A model generated the notes under the pieces. That model saw only the letters and a program-made list of their open reading frames with translations, was not told where the DNA came from and did no database searches. The position numbers and the translations under genes were made by a program. A DNA stretch of 64,000 nucleotides from Adineta vaga (lineage: Eukaryota; Animalia; Rotifera): contig CP075493.1 of the NCBI GenBank assembly GCA_021613535.1, positions 806,001 through 870,000 on the forward strand, given 5' to 3'. Shown here piece after piece: positions 38,507 through 51,866 of this stretch (positions within the stretch are counted from its first letter, which is position 1; each line of letters starts with the position of its first letter).

Positions 38507-38899
38507 CGAAAAAATGTGCGATGACTAATTGAAGTAAATTTCTGGTCAAAAAAGTCCAAATGACTAATTGATAATTGCCCACTTTCTTTTATTTCTTTAA
38601 TATAACACACAATGCGCAGGAGAAGAATTTCACTTCGTTATCGTTTTTGAGTAGATAACAATCTGACAAAATATTAAAATCAAAACATAAAGTGGACAAT
38701 ACGAGCGAATGATATTTTACAAATTGATTTTCTTAATCAAAAGTAAAAGATTAGAAATATTAATCATAATAATATTTAAATAGATGACATTAGTATAACT
38801 CAAAATAATTACATAATTTAAATTCAAATTGACATATCATCAAAGATATATTTGAAAAGAAACAATATATATATATATATATAAGATGAATTACGATCA

Positions 38900-40796
38900 T
38901 TACTACCATAAATGCAAGTTCTTACCAGTGTGATTTGCTTTTTGATCAGAAGATATCGCTCCCAATTTGATCAGATTATTTAAATGCGCCAGATAAACTT
39001 TACTTACTGATGTAAAACATAATAATTCTAAATCCGGAGTATTCTCTTTATTATTATTCAGTAGAAATTCTAATATTATTTTCATATCTTTCATCAGGAT
39101 ATTAATTTGAAGATGTTGTAAACGAGGAAATAGTTTAGCCAGTAATTTCAGTTTATTAAATGTACAACGACGTGCAAAAGCAACATTGATAACACGATTT
39201 GTCTTTGATACTGATTGAAATATTTCACTCTCTTTGTAAAGAGACATTGTTTGAAAAGTTAATGTATGAACATTCGGTGTAGAAGATAAAATATTCATTA
39301 TTTTCGAAAGAGATAGATGATTACATTTGATATTTAATGTTTGCAGTTGTTGTAAAGGTAAAATACGATTAAGATTCGTTGTAAACGATCGACAAACAGC
39401 TGCAGAAAAAGCATCTTCTACAGTGAGTTTTGTTACATTTGGAAAATAATGCAAATATTTCTCCATAGCCTTTTCATTTGTAATGTAAAGTTGATTAACT
39501 GACTTGAAAACTTTTCCATATTGATCTGTATAATCGATGTTATTTAATTGATTAGATATTTTATAATTTTTGCGTCTAGAAATAAAACAAATGTTCTTAA
39601 TCTATATTTGAAATGTTATTAATAGAAATACCTATATGGATTTGTCGAATATATGATTCTAAATTCGTTGTATTTTGTTTCTTTTAATGATCGATAATCG
39701 AAAAACCATTGTTGTTTAGTCCAAAATGAAGAACTAAAAAGATTGAATTGTTTGTCAATTACTGATAATTGAATATATGTGAATAAACGTATTTGAAATT
39801 GAGCATTGAAAATGCGCAAATTTACTAAATAAGTTGATATTAAATGTTCCCATCTAGACGCATTTAGATAATCCAAATTTGCTGAAATATTTAAAACTTA
39901 AATTAAAGGAAAAAAATCGAATCTCGTATGATTACTTAGTTTGAGAGATACATGAGTTTAATACTTTAATACGGATGAAAATGATTTATTTGGAATTATT
40001 GCATATCCATGTAATAAATGTAATGATAAATGACGAAGGTGAGGTACATAAGAAAAGAATGCATCCAGTTGATCACAATATATTTCATGATTAATAATTA
40101 AGTACTCAATTGGACTATATTCATTGGTTGCCATTGGTAACATGCCAGTAAAATAACTCTCTCCTAATGATAATTTACAATATTTCAAAAAAAGGTAAAC
40201 GAAATATTTGTTGATAAAAAGGATTTTTATTCTTAATGATATCAAGAGTTGTGATACTGAGTGATGAGAGAAAGGGAAAAGTAATTAATTGATGAAGAAC
40301 ATTGTGGAGACATGTTGACCTGATGTTTTCAAGGATCAATGTTCGTAACGATGTTTTGTGTAATAATGCAACTATTTGATCATCGAATATGAAACAATTT
40401 TCAATTCGTAGAGTATCAATTCTTTGCGTATTCGGTATGATTATATCTTGATTGTAACGATTGAAAGTTGTTTGAGGCATCATGAAGAGATTGATCTTGA
40501 GTGGAACACTTGATTGCAGAAGAAGAGAACGAAATCGATAGTTAAGATTGTAAAAAGATTGGTAGATATGATAAAAATCCAGATATTCATAGATTTCGTA
40601 AATAATTCCGTTAGGAAGATTTTCAAAAACAGTCCTATTTTCATTTGAATCACTATAAAACATTTTGATCATTCATTATATGAACCAATTACATGGGTTT
40701 TTTTTACACTTACCATTTCGTTGTTACTGTTTCATCATTTTTGATTCTTTTATTTTCATCATATTTATCAAAACTATCAATTCGTTCACGTTTCAT
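38900..40796 (-). pseudogene. Tandem paralogue of the F-box-like/LRR gene, disrupted
   Basis: Same exon layout (ATG 40796, FENLPNGIIYEIYEYLD). Frameshift near 40190, TAA at 39958-39960 followed by a deletion, and a terminal W-to-TAG change. Confidence 0.8.
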
Positions 40797-41104
40797 TTTA
40801 AAATCTAAAATACATATTTCATACGAGAAGAAAATTCGATGCGTTGTACGTTTCGTTAATATGTTAACGTGTGAGGAAGGACAAAAAGGACAGATTGCTT
40901 ATTTTTTTTCCTCAATGATTCATCCATATTGGTAATTATGGTTGGAAATTATCGACAAACGTAAAGTATACGCATGACTAATTAACGTATTTCATAGAGA
41001 TAAACTATTCACTTAGTCTTTGACATTGTATATCGAAGCTATGTAGTTGTTGATTTGAATATTATTAAACTTAGACAAATTCTTTCATACTAATGAAAAA
41101 TCTG

Positions 41105-41205
41105 AAAGAATAAATACCTATATGGATTTGTTGAATAGAAAATAATGCATTCACCATATCTGCTTGAACTATGTCGTTCATTCCAGAAAGAACTCGTTTC
41201 GAACT
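41105..41205 (-). pseudogene. Small relic of a third F-box-like/LRR paralogue (end of exon 2)
   Basis: Encodes FWNER...YGECIIFYSTNPYR followed by a GT donor, matching FYSINPCR/YSTNPYR in the neighbouring genes. Confidence 0.55.
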
Positions 41206-41703
41206 TTATTCGACAAAAGAAAAACGTTTAGTAGAGCAAGTATTAGCAAGAAAATAATATTAGATTGTGAAAGTAATTTTATTTTCTTCATCTGACTTCG
41301 ATGGACACTTTGGTTTCATTCTATGTCTGATGTTTTCCTTTACTGAAGTAGTATTCTTCTTTATTTTCCTTGTTGTGATTAAATAAAGAGTAGATTCAAA
41401 TCGAGAAAACTATGTGTTTTCTTTTATTACTTTCAAAACATTACAATGTTTCTTATTGCTCATAAAACGACTGTCAACCTTTGTTTTTACAATATTACTT
41501 ACCAGTTTTATATAATGTAAATATCAATGTTGATGGATTTGCAAGTATAGTTTCGGTCAACGTTTAACAAGACTACCATCAAAATCTACTTTTTCCAACT
41601 GTGAAATATTAAATTTTGTTGTATGAAATTCAATTTATTTAAAAATCTTTCAATATTTATAAAGTTAAATATCTGATATATCCTCATTGATTTTTATTGA
41701 TAG

Positions 41704-42748
41704 TTAATTAAAATAAAAGACACGACGAATATATTTGAATACTTGATAACATGTTAAAATAAATTGTTTTCGAAATGTTTTCGATGCTAATGTATAAAGA
41801 ATAAATGTTATCTAAAAGAAAAAGAAATCGAATAATAAATTAAAAAATAATTATACATACTGCACTATAAGTATAAATAAGAAGTAAACTAGTATTATTC
41901 ACAAATGCATCAATTGCATTTTGATCAGAAGTTTTTGTTTGAGAATTTGTTAATACTGAATAAAGAGGATTAATAGTACCGATCATACTTAAAAAAACAT
42001 AGAAAATAACTTGTAAAAGAGATAATTTAATTAGTTGCATTTCACGTCGACGACGATGGATACTCTGAGGTACTGGTTTTGCTACTACTACTACTACCGA
42101 TGGCACAGTATTTTGTGCAGCTATTTGAATAAAATGAGGACTGCGTATATTACGTAAAGTTAATATACTGAATACTACCATGATAATGAATGGAACAATT
42201 GCAGATACGGTAATTTGTATTGCATAAAATAATGCATAATCAGGATTTGATAGATTTGTACAACCACGTGTTTGTGATATTTGATAGCCAATAGGTGCAT
42301 GAATACTAAATAAAAGCCAAAATAAAGTACTACCAATAATAAGTCCGCGAATAGTACGTGGTGAACTAAGTCGTCGTATATTCGCATTTTTTGTTGTTGC
42401 AATCCATCGATCAATAGAAATTAAACATAAAAATTGTCGCATCAATCCCATACCAAATACAAAAGGATAATTTCGAATTTTACAAAGGATAGATATTGTT
42501 CGACCAAGATCATAACCAGTTGAATATATTATTATTCTTGTTATAGCTAAACTATTGAAAAAAATGATTTGAGCAATAGACATACCAATAAAATATTGTG
42601 AACATCGATTTAATCGTAAAGTATGACGTGAAAAGATAATTACATTAAAGATATTTCCTAATATTCCAATAATATAAATTGGTATCAAATAATAAAGCAC
42701 AAGATCAGTTGATAAATCTGATAATTGAGTAGCAAGAATTGTTGACAT
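41704..42748 (-). CDS. Rhodopsin-like GPCR, 2 exons
   Basis: Exon 1 is 42748-41861 (GILGNIFN, ISIDRW). Intron 41860-41812. Exon 2 is 41811-41704 (ITFILYTLASKTFRKQF). Confidence 0.85.
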
Positions 42749-43710
42749 TGTACTATAAATATTTTTCAAAAAATGAAGATAATCGTGTCTTTAGACGAAT
42801 GACTTAATTTCAAATGTAGGAACTATACGACTTCTTTTAAATATATATAGAGAAGACGGATGTATGAATGGTTGATTGAATCTTTTTTCGTGAGATATAC
42901 AAATAATCACACATGAAATAATGTATGCGCATTAAATTTCTACGTACGAAGATTCTTCTAGAGCAAAAGAACTCTGATATTCATATGTACTCAGAATTAT
43001 TAAATATAAACATCGCATGAGAATGTTCAGACATGCGTATATGTCAATTACTGGAAGATTCTGAAAAAAAATGAACAAAGGTTTTCAATTAATGATGTTA
43101 ATTCATTTGGTGTGGAAGAAAAAAAAACCTTTTATATAAACACGAAACAATTTTAGTGAAAAAACGACATTTTTACATTGACATAGAATATTTTACTAAA
43201 ATGTTTTTTATTCATCTGGGGATGTGGATGGATGAGAAAAGAAAGAACACCCACACTCAAGATGTTGAATATGCCTATACGATAACGAAGATATAAAATC
43301 GATTGATACAGATCAAAGTTGAAAATGTACCTAATATATACATATTGAAAAGAACGCTTTGACAACAAATAAAAATACGTCATTTTCTCAACAACGCAGA
43401 AGTATGAATATCGTTGTTTAATGGTAAAACAAATGATTTTTTTCCATCTTTTATCAAATGTATACATATATCGTTAAAGAAAGAAAAATATGCTGCTGGT
43501 AATTCGTGTTTTTGATCTCGATTGATGTCAATAGAAAATCTATTCAATTTCTTTTTCTTCCTGACTATATATCCCACAATATAATTGAAAAAGATTATTC
43601 ATACGATTATAATTCAAAAGCATGATAAGTATTCTATTTAAATATAATATACTTTTTTGCATTAAATTGTTTGTTTTAAGTAGTGACACACTTTTGCCTT
43701 TCGTTTTGTC

Positions 43711-46421
43711 ATGATTAGGTTCATCAATACCTTATTTCTTCTTACTATTTGTTATCCTATCTCAAAGTGTCAATATGATTTGATCAATGTCAGTCCAGGT
43801 ACGAGAATGTCTGTTAATGACGATCTATATGTGTCTGCATCGAATGCTTTTCAAAATTTTGCTGTTCTTATGCATCCATTTAAAAATACGAGTATTGGTG
43901 GATCGATACTTTGTAATATGCATTATATTTCCAAAGATTATTTTGTTCATAGTGTCGCTGTTGCAGGAATTACTAAAAATAGTACAGATTCAAAACAATT
44001 TATATTTGTTTTTACTGGAGAGAGAATATCAACAATGATTCCACACGTATGTGTTGGTATGATTATAAAATCAACATGTGCTTGGTCTTATGCTTGTACA
44101 GATATGAGTGTAATTGGAGCACATCAAGAATATTTCTTGATTAGTGTTGATAAAAATGGTACTTATGCATATGGATTTACAAGTACATTTGTTTTCAAAT
44201 TGGATATTTATACGAATAAGATTCTATTAAATTTAACTACAAATGATGTTTGGCCATCGCAGCATTTTATTCCACGTGCTTTAGATATCGCTGATACATG
44301 GGCAGTAGTGGCTGGTTATGGATATACGACCTCCAATGTACTAACTTACGAAACACTTGGATGTTTGATAGATCTTTCTCAATTAATCAATGCATCTTGT
44401 GTATCCATTGCATCTGAATCAACGTATTTAATATCATCAAATATCATTTCATACAATGAACTTTATGAATTATCAGTTGCTATTCGTAATGAAAAGATTC
44501 TCATTGGATTACATCGTCTATCATCCGTAATAGTTCTTTATAATCTTGGATCATCATTGAATGTTACTCGTATACATTTATTATCTTTTCTTTCTTCATC
44601 TTCAGTTGGTCGTGTTGTTGATTGGGCTGATGATACAACAATGGCAATCTTAGTAGAGGATTCATATGAAACAAGTTGGTCTACAACAGAAATCTTTTTC
44701 TATAATGAAAATTCAGTCACAGTAACTTCACCACTCTTTACTTTTCCTAATAATCAACAAGTATTGGGAAGTCGTTTGTCACGTTCATCGTTCGCTCGAT
44801 TTGGTATTACTATAGGAGGTAACATGGGTATATTGACAGGTCATGCTGATGTCTTAATTATGCCTCTTGCTTCTGCTGGTTATGCTTCAAGGTGGATAGA
44901 TACCATCGAAAGAAGTTATGTATTCGTTTTTGAACCAAAACTTTGTATTGGTGGAACATATAAGAATCGTTCAAGTTTAGGTCCCTGTGAAGTCTGTTCT
45001 TCATATACTAGAAATCCTGGTACATTTCTTGATATAAATCTTCAATGTATACCATGTTCGAATAGTTCATCCAATTCATCCTGTTCACTTGCATCTCTAG
45101 TCGATATTGACTTGTCTACAATGCCTTCCTATAGTCAAGCAGTACCCTATCCTGAAACGACCGAAACTAATGATATTGAAGATCTTCTTATCAAGAATGT
45201 CTTTCAAATTGGAACAAATTCACATTGTTTACTGATTTCACCTCTTTTTTGGACAATAATCGTCGGTGTTTTATGTCTCTTATTTTTAACCTATATGCTT
45301 CTGACTCATTTATTCAATTGCAAATCATTTTTAAGATACAATGAAAAAGCGAAACTCATTTTTAAACATACAGATATTATTGGTGAAGGTGAAATGTGGT
45401 TAGGTGGATTAGCAACCTTTGCCATCATTGTTCTTATTGCTTTTGCTTATAAATTTTCTGCATCTTTCATTCGACGTTATCCAATCGAAGATTTATCTCA
45501 ACCAGCGACATTTGCTTGTGATGAATCATTAGTGAATGCACAATTTTCTACTGGTCTTGAACTTCTTGCTACGCCAAAATCGAAAGATGCTCAACCAATA
45601 TTTGATCTTCTTGATAAACAAATTCTTAATTTGACAGTTGAATTAATAAATACTGGATTTACATGTACTTCTGTTACAGCACAAGAAAATTTTATTGATT
45701 CAAAATATGTTACACTATACCAATCAATTGTAATCAATCAATAGAGATCGCAACAACATCAGTTACAGTAACATTACCAAGACATATAACAACAATACAA
45801 TTTAACATCACTGGTCCATTTTTTATTGGTACCATTCGTCTATGTATGCATGGGTATGGTGAAACAATATCGATGATGAGTCATACTTTACGTAAACTTG
45901 ATTTTTGTCAACTTTATACAGTTTCTACTGGAGTTATGGGTCGATTTACTTATATACCAATTGTATTTGTTAAAACAATTAATATGACACAAGCTCTGAA
46001 TCCAACAGATTCAACTGCATATTCTGGATTATGGACGCCAACATTTAGTTCTATATCATTTTCTGATGAAGATTATTATATTGAATATGGATATTATTTA
46101 CGATATACATCATCATTAACTATTCTTCAAGTAATGTTTGATGAACGTCCATTTTATATAAAAAATATCGAACAACCTATTGTTCGTACAGCTGAATTAA
46201 TCTTTCATTGTTTATTATTCACATCATTATGTATTGAATTATTTGCTTTTGCTTTTCTATTCGTTAAACTTTTTATTATTCCAATATGTCGGTGTTTGAA
46301 ACATTTATGGAACAAAACTATTCATAGAAATGTCAATCGAAAAATCAATCGTATTCAAGATGAATATGATTTTACAATAGATATTGAACTTGATTCAATT
46401 CAGACAATTACTGACTTTTAA
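43711..46421 (+). CDS. Large cell-surface protein (signal peptide, beta-rich ectodomain, Cys-rich GCC2/GCC3-like module, ~3 TMs) with one 2-bp frameshift
   Basis: The 677-aa and 191-aa ORFs join if TA is removed near 45718 (YVTL|PINCNQSIEI...CMHG), giving ~900 aa. Contains a CIGGTYKN..GPCEVC module. Confidence 0.75.
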
Positions 46422-46859
46422 GTATTGATTCTTCTTCGTGCGAGCATATGACGAGAAAAGTTATTGAGATTATGATAAATTTTAAACAATAGTATATTAC
46501 ATTTACAATCTGACATAGAATGAAATGAATCTCTAATAAGTAAAAAAATCGCGCTTGTTTTTGTTAATCTAGTAGCTTTTAATGTCTATATGATTTATTG
46601 TATTTCTTTTCACTTGGAAGACTTTACTGACAATAGAGAAAAGATTGAAAAAATTTGCTACACTTGCCATGAAAAAAATAAGAAACTCACTGAATAATCA
46701 ATCATAACAAAGAAAGTAAACAACGTGTTTCAAATGATATGAAACTTTCACATTAGTAATTCAACAATATTGAAAGTTATACAAGACGTATGCACAAAAA
46801 CAATACAAAATCTATACAACTGTTAAGTTTCTAACACTAAACTTTGTATCCTATACGTT

Positions 46860-49800
46860 ATGTCTTCACATCACGTTAAATCACATGTCATTGAATATAT
46901 TACTCTGGTTTGGTTGTATTCTGAGAACATTGTAACAGAAAAAGACATTGAAGATTCCCGATCAGGTCTTTACCATTGGGTGAATTCATTCAAAATGTTC
47001 GTTGACCCTGACAAATGTGCTGATTTCATAATTAACAACGATGAAGACCATATTTTCATAGTTACTTCGGTTGATCTCTATCAGCGAATCGTGTCAACGA
47101 TCGAACAATTAGCACAATTGTACTGTGTCTATATTTTATGCGAGGATACGTCAAAATCTGTGCACATGATCAATCAACACAGAAAAATAAAGGGAGTATT
47201 CACTGAGATTGAATCTATATGTCATGCACTCAGACGAGATGTTCGCCACTTGAACAGTACTATGATTCCAATAAGTATTATTACACCAACTTCTACTACG
47301 AGTTTGGACGAACTTGATCAATCATTTATGTATTCACAATTATAGAAAGAAAGTTTTCTTGAAATGTCTGACGATATAAATTCAAAAAAGGAATTCGCTG
47401 ATTTCTGCCGTTCTGAATACACTAAGAATGACAACGAAAGACAAAAATTTGAACAATTCGAAGAACAGTATGATCAGTCATCATCTATTTGGTGGTACAC
47501 TAGAGAATATTTTATTTATGGACTACTCAACAACGCACTTAGGACCCAAAATACTACGATTTTACTTAAAATGAGTTTTTTTCTTCGTGATCTACACCAA
47601 CAAATCGAACAACTACATTCAAAAGTACACGAACAAACTCAGTTGACTGTTTACCGAGGACAAGGTATGTCGCATCTTGAATTTGAAAAGCTAAAGAAAA
47701 GCAAAGGTGGTCTTTTATCATTCAACAATTTCTTATCAACCAGTGTTAATTGCGAGATAGCTTGCTTTTTTGCAGACTGCTCTTCAGGAAATCCTGATGT
47801 AGTAGGAATTTTATTTGAAATGGAAATCGATTCATCAATGTCACGAACTCCATTTGCATTACTGGACAAAGTTAGTTGCTTCAAGGAAGAAGAGAAAGAA
47901 GTGCTCTTTTCAATGCACACTATTTTTCGAATCGGTGAAATAGAACCACTCAAAGATAGATTGTGGGTAGTAAACCTAAAATTAACAAGTGACAATGATC
48001 CACAGCTGACTTCACTTACGGAATATATGAGACAGGAGATAGGAGGAATGATTAGCATGTTTACAGAAAGTAAAGTTAGTAGTATGTTTCGAATAGGTCA
48101 ACTGATGATTAGAATGAATGAGATTGATAAAGCCAAAGAGATATATGAGAATTTACAGAAAACAACTCCCATCGATAATTTCAACGACATGGCATTATGT
48201 TATCATCAGCTCGGATGTATTCATCGTTTGAATTGCAATTTTGATGATGCGTTATCAAATTTACAAAAGGCAGTTGAAATCATGCAGAAATCGAGATCAC
48301 ATGATCATCCAAATTTAGCAACTCCATATCATAACATCGCTTTAGTGCATCGATCTGCTGGAAGAAATTCAGAAGCACTTTTGTAGTATCAAAAGTCTCT
48401 TGAACTTATGCAGAATTCCTTAGGAGTTCCGCAACAATACGTAGCTGATACTCACTGCAACATCGCTGCAACATATCAATCACTCTCATACTATCAGATT
48501 GCGCTCGAAATCACACAAAAATCTCTTCCAACAAATCATCCTGATGTGGGTACTCTTTATAATAACATGGCATCGGTACATTACTTTTGTCAGCAGAATA
48601 TTCTAAGGCACTCTCGTTCTATGAAAAATCGATTGATATTATGCAAAAATCATTGCCACCCAATCATCCAAAGTTAGGTTCGACTTTCGTTAATATTGGT
48701 TCAGTACATCAAGCAATGGGAGAGTTTTCGAAAGCATTGGTATATTATGAAAAAGCAGTTGAAATCTATATGCAATCCTCAGCATTTGATCATCCTGATA
48801 CAGCTACTCTGTTTGAGAATATCAGTGTAGTTTATGACTCAATAGGAGATTATGCAAAAGCACTCTCATATTGTGAGAGAGCCTTGGAAATCAAACAGAA
48901 ACGTTTGTCATCCAATCATCCTGACCTAGAAAATTCATATAGCAGGCTTGCTTCGCTCTATCGATCAATGGGACAGTATAAGAAGGCACTTCTCTATTAC
49001 GAAAAAACACTCGAACTTGGACAATTATGCCATCCGCCTAGTCATCCTAGCTTAGCATACACCTATGAAGGTATTGCTGTGTTGTACTATTCCATGGCAC
49101 AATATGTGAACTCACTTGGTAATTATCAGAAAGCCTTGGAATTATATCGAAAAAACTTTCCACTTGATCATGCAAGGCTAGCACCCGTCTATCATGGTAT
49201 GGCTTTGGCGCTGTATTCTGTGGGTGAATATTCGACAGCCCAATCTTCTTACCAAAAAACTCTAGAAATTCAAAAGAAATCTCGTCCAGCTAATCATCCC
49301 GGTGTCACTACTACCTATTGCAACATTGGTTTGTTGCATCGATCATTAGGTGAGTATTCGGAAGCACTTTTCTACTATGAAAAGTCACTTGAAATTCGGC
49401 AAAAATGCTTTGCAACTGATCATCCAGACTTGGCAGCAACCTATAATGGCATTGCTCATGTATATTGTTGTATGGACGAACACATCAATGCACTTTCATA
49501 TTATCAAAAGACACTTGAAATTCAACAAAAATGTCTTCCACCAGATCATCCAGATTTAGGTTTCACTTACAACGGTTTTGGGTCTGTATATAACTCCATG
49601 AAAGATAATGTGAAAGCACTTACCTTTTATCAAAAAGCACTTGAGATCTTTGCCAATTGTTTTCCATCAAATCATCCTAATACAGTTACCATTTACAACA
49701 ATATTGCATCGGCGTATGAATCAATGGGAGAGTATATGATGGCTACTTCTTATTATGAAAAAGCACTGGAAGGAAAAGAAAAATGTCTTTCAGTCAATCT

Positions 49801-50236
49801 CCTTTGCTAGCTTAAGGACTACAATAAGATCGGTTCAATGCATTTTTTCAGTGAAGACTATCGCCAGGCATTGTCATGCTATGAGATGACTCTTGACATT
49901 TTGATTAAAGTACTTCCTTCTGGTTATCCATTATTGGCCATTCCATACAGAAATATTGCTGATGTTTATCGAGCTTCGAAGCAATACTCTTTGGCACTAT
50001 TATACTATGAAAAAGTGCTTGATAGTATACAAAAACTTCCTTTGTTCCATTTTTCAATGCAACTGACTGTTCATAAAAGTATGATAGAAATGTTGGAAGA
50101 ACTGGATCGATATGACGATGCTGTTAAACATGCTAAGCAGCTCATCTATATGATACGTCAAGTTTTTGGTCCTAATCATGAAACTACCAAGCAGATTGAA
50201 AACAATTTTGAATCGCTTTTTAAAAAACTAGAATGA
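46860..50236 (+). pseudogene. Arginine-type ADP-ribosyltransferase (R-S-E class) fused to a long TPR array, disrupted
   Basis: ART motifs LTVYRGQ, FNNFLSTS and EEEKEVLF, followed by many 42-aa kinesin-light-chain-type TPRs (HPDLAxxYNNI). TAG stops at 47343, 48384 and 49808, and a frameshift near 48585. Confidence 0.85.
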
Positions 50237-50290
50237 ATGAAAATTTCGCATTGATAATATTTCATTAATAAAAGCAATAGTCTTCATATT

Positions 50291-50367
50291 TAGCAGCAGG
50301 AATTGAGGGTGGGTGAGGGTGATATGGTATCTCTACTTCACCCACCCACACACTCAAGATGATGCTA
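50291..50367. repeat. Short palindrome with telomere-like arms (clearest member of a dispersed family)
   Basis: TAGCAGCAGGAATTGAGGGTGGGTGAGGGTGA ... TCACCCACCCACACACTCAAGATGATGCTA. Confidence 0.7.
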
Positions 50368-50660
50368 CAATGTTGTGAAAAGATTTCTAACAGACACTCA
50401 CAGGAAAAATTCAGATTCCGAAGTTTTAAAAGGTCTATCCTCTCTTCCAATATATAAAACTGCATTGCATATGATTCACTTCAAAAACATGCATCATTCT
50501 ATCGAAACAGTACGTTATTGCCAACTCTGGCAGACGTATTGCGTCAATTACATATGAGCCATTTATTCTTATGCCGATATATATACACAAATGAAATCCG
50601 ACATAATGCATCAATACAGTCCTCTGTATTCTAACTATTATTTCTATAAATCCTAGTTTA

Positions 50661-51700
50661 ATGCCATCAGATCTTTCAAGTCGTCGTGCTTACTATGAAA
50701 AGAATGGTATATTATCTAGTCTAATACCTTAATTTGATTTAATTGGACGTAATCCATTTAATTTATATACAAATCCATGCGGAATAATTAATTCCGGTGA
50801 TCCATTAGGTAAATTATCATTTCGACAAGCACTCTGCTATTTTTTTCCATGATGTTTTACATCTTGATAAAAATATTCAATTAATACCTGATCGAATGAT
50901 CGTAACCGGGTGTGCTGCTGGAGGTGTTACTCTTTACAGTTATCTATTAACAAATCCCAACGATGCTATTCTTATACCTAGTCCATATTATTCCTATTTA
51001 GATCATAATCTCTCAGTTGTAGCGCAAAATCAAGTCATTCGTTGTTTATTACACAATCAAAATACTGGCAAATTTTATTGTCTCGGGAAATTTTCGAATG
51101 TGCTTATAATCAAGCTATAAACAAAGGTCTTCATCCACGTATTCTTCTTCTTATTAATCCAAATAATCCACTTGGCGATGTTTATGATATTGAAATATTT
51201 CTTTCAATATTGAATTTTGCTCCTGAAAAATGTTTCCATGTTATCATCGATGAAATCTATGTAATGAGTACATTTTTAAATTATTCTTTTACCCGATCCA
51301 AGTCGAACACATTTTCTTTGGTCATTTAGTGAGGATTTTTCTTTGAATGGTTTACGTGTTGGAGTGATGTATACAAGTACATCAGAAATTTGTCAAATGT
51401 CAAGTAAACTTAATTTTCTTCTTGTACCATCACGTAATGTAGAATTGATGTTGGATCGTCAATGGATTCAAACATATATTCAATTAAATCGTCAACGACT
51501 GATAGAAAGATATAGACAGGTGAAAACAACATTAGAAATGATATCCGGATGTAATAATACGTTCATCACAAGCAGGATTTTTTATTCGAATGAACCTGGT
51601 TGATTTCGAATGGTATTTTCTCTCAATCAAACGGCAATAGATGAATTATTGCAACGTCTTAAGGAAGTGCTGCATACATTATCTGTCGCAGATATGACAA
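50661..51700 (+). pseudogene. ACC-synthase-like class I/II PLP aminotransferase, decayed
   Basis: Remnants NPFNLYTNPCGII, LIPSPYY, LLINPNNPLG, IIDEIY and WSFSEDFSLNGLRVG lie in different frames. The PLP-binding Lys of SKD reads Glu (GAG at 51331). Confidence 0.8.
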
Positions 51701-51866
51701 ATCTTTTTAGTCATTTTTTTTTCATAATAAATAATCATTAAAAATCTAGTCTTCTTATTGAATTTATGAATTAAAAGTATCAATAATTTACACGAGCATA
51801 TTATATGAGGATATATGGGTAAGGTTTTATTTCTTGATCTCTACTCACGTCATCACGATGGTTTAT

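Noticed and set aside
47651-48058. Antisense and alternative-frame ORFs overlapping real genes (also 1820-2050, 8112-8408, 20446-20871, 21679-22137, 62534-62890)
   Set aside because: These are shadow ORFs of well-supported coding sequences with no independent features.
47343-49810. Three in-frame TAG codons in the ART-TPR gene as programmed readthrough or a variant genetic code
   Set aside because: They replace different expected residues (Leu, Tyr) and co-occur with frameshifts. TAG also terminates an intact gene here (63073-63075), so ordinary decay is the simpler explanation.
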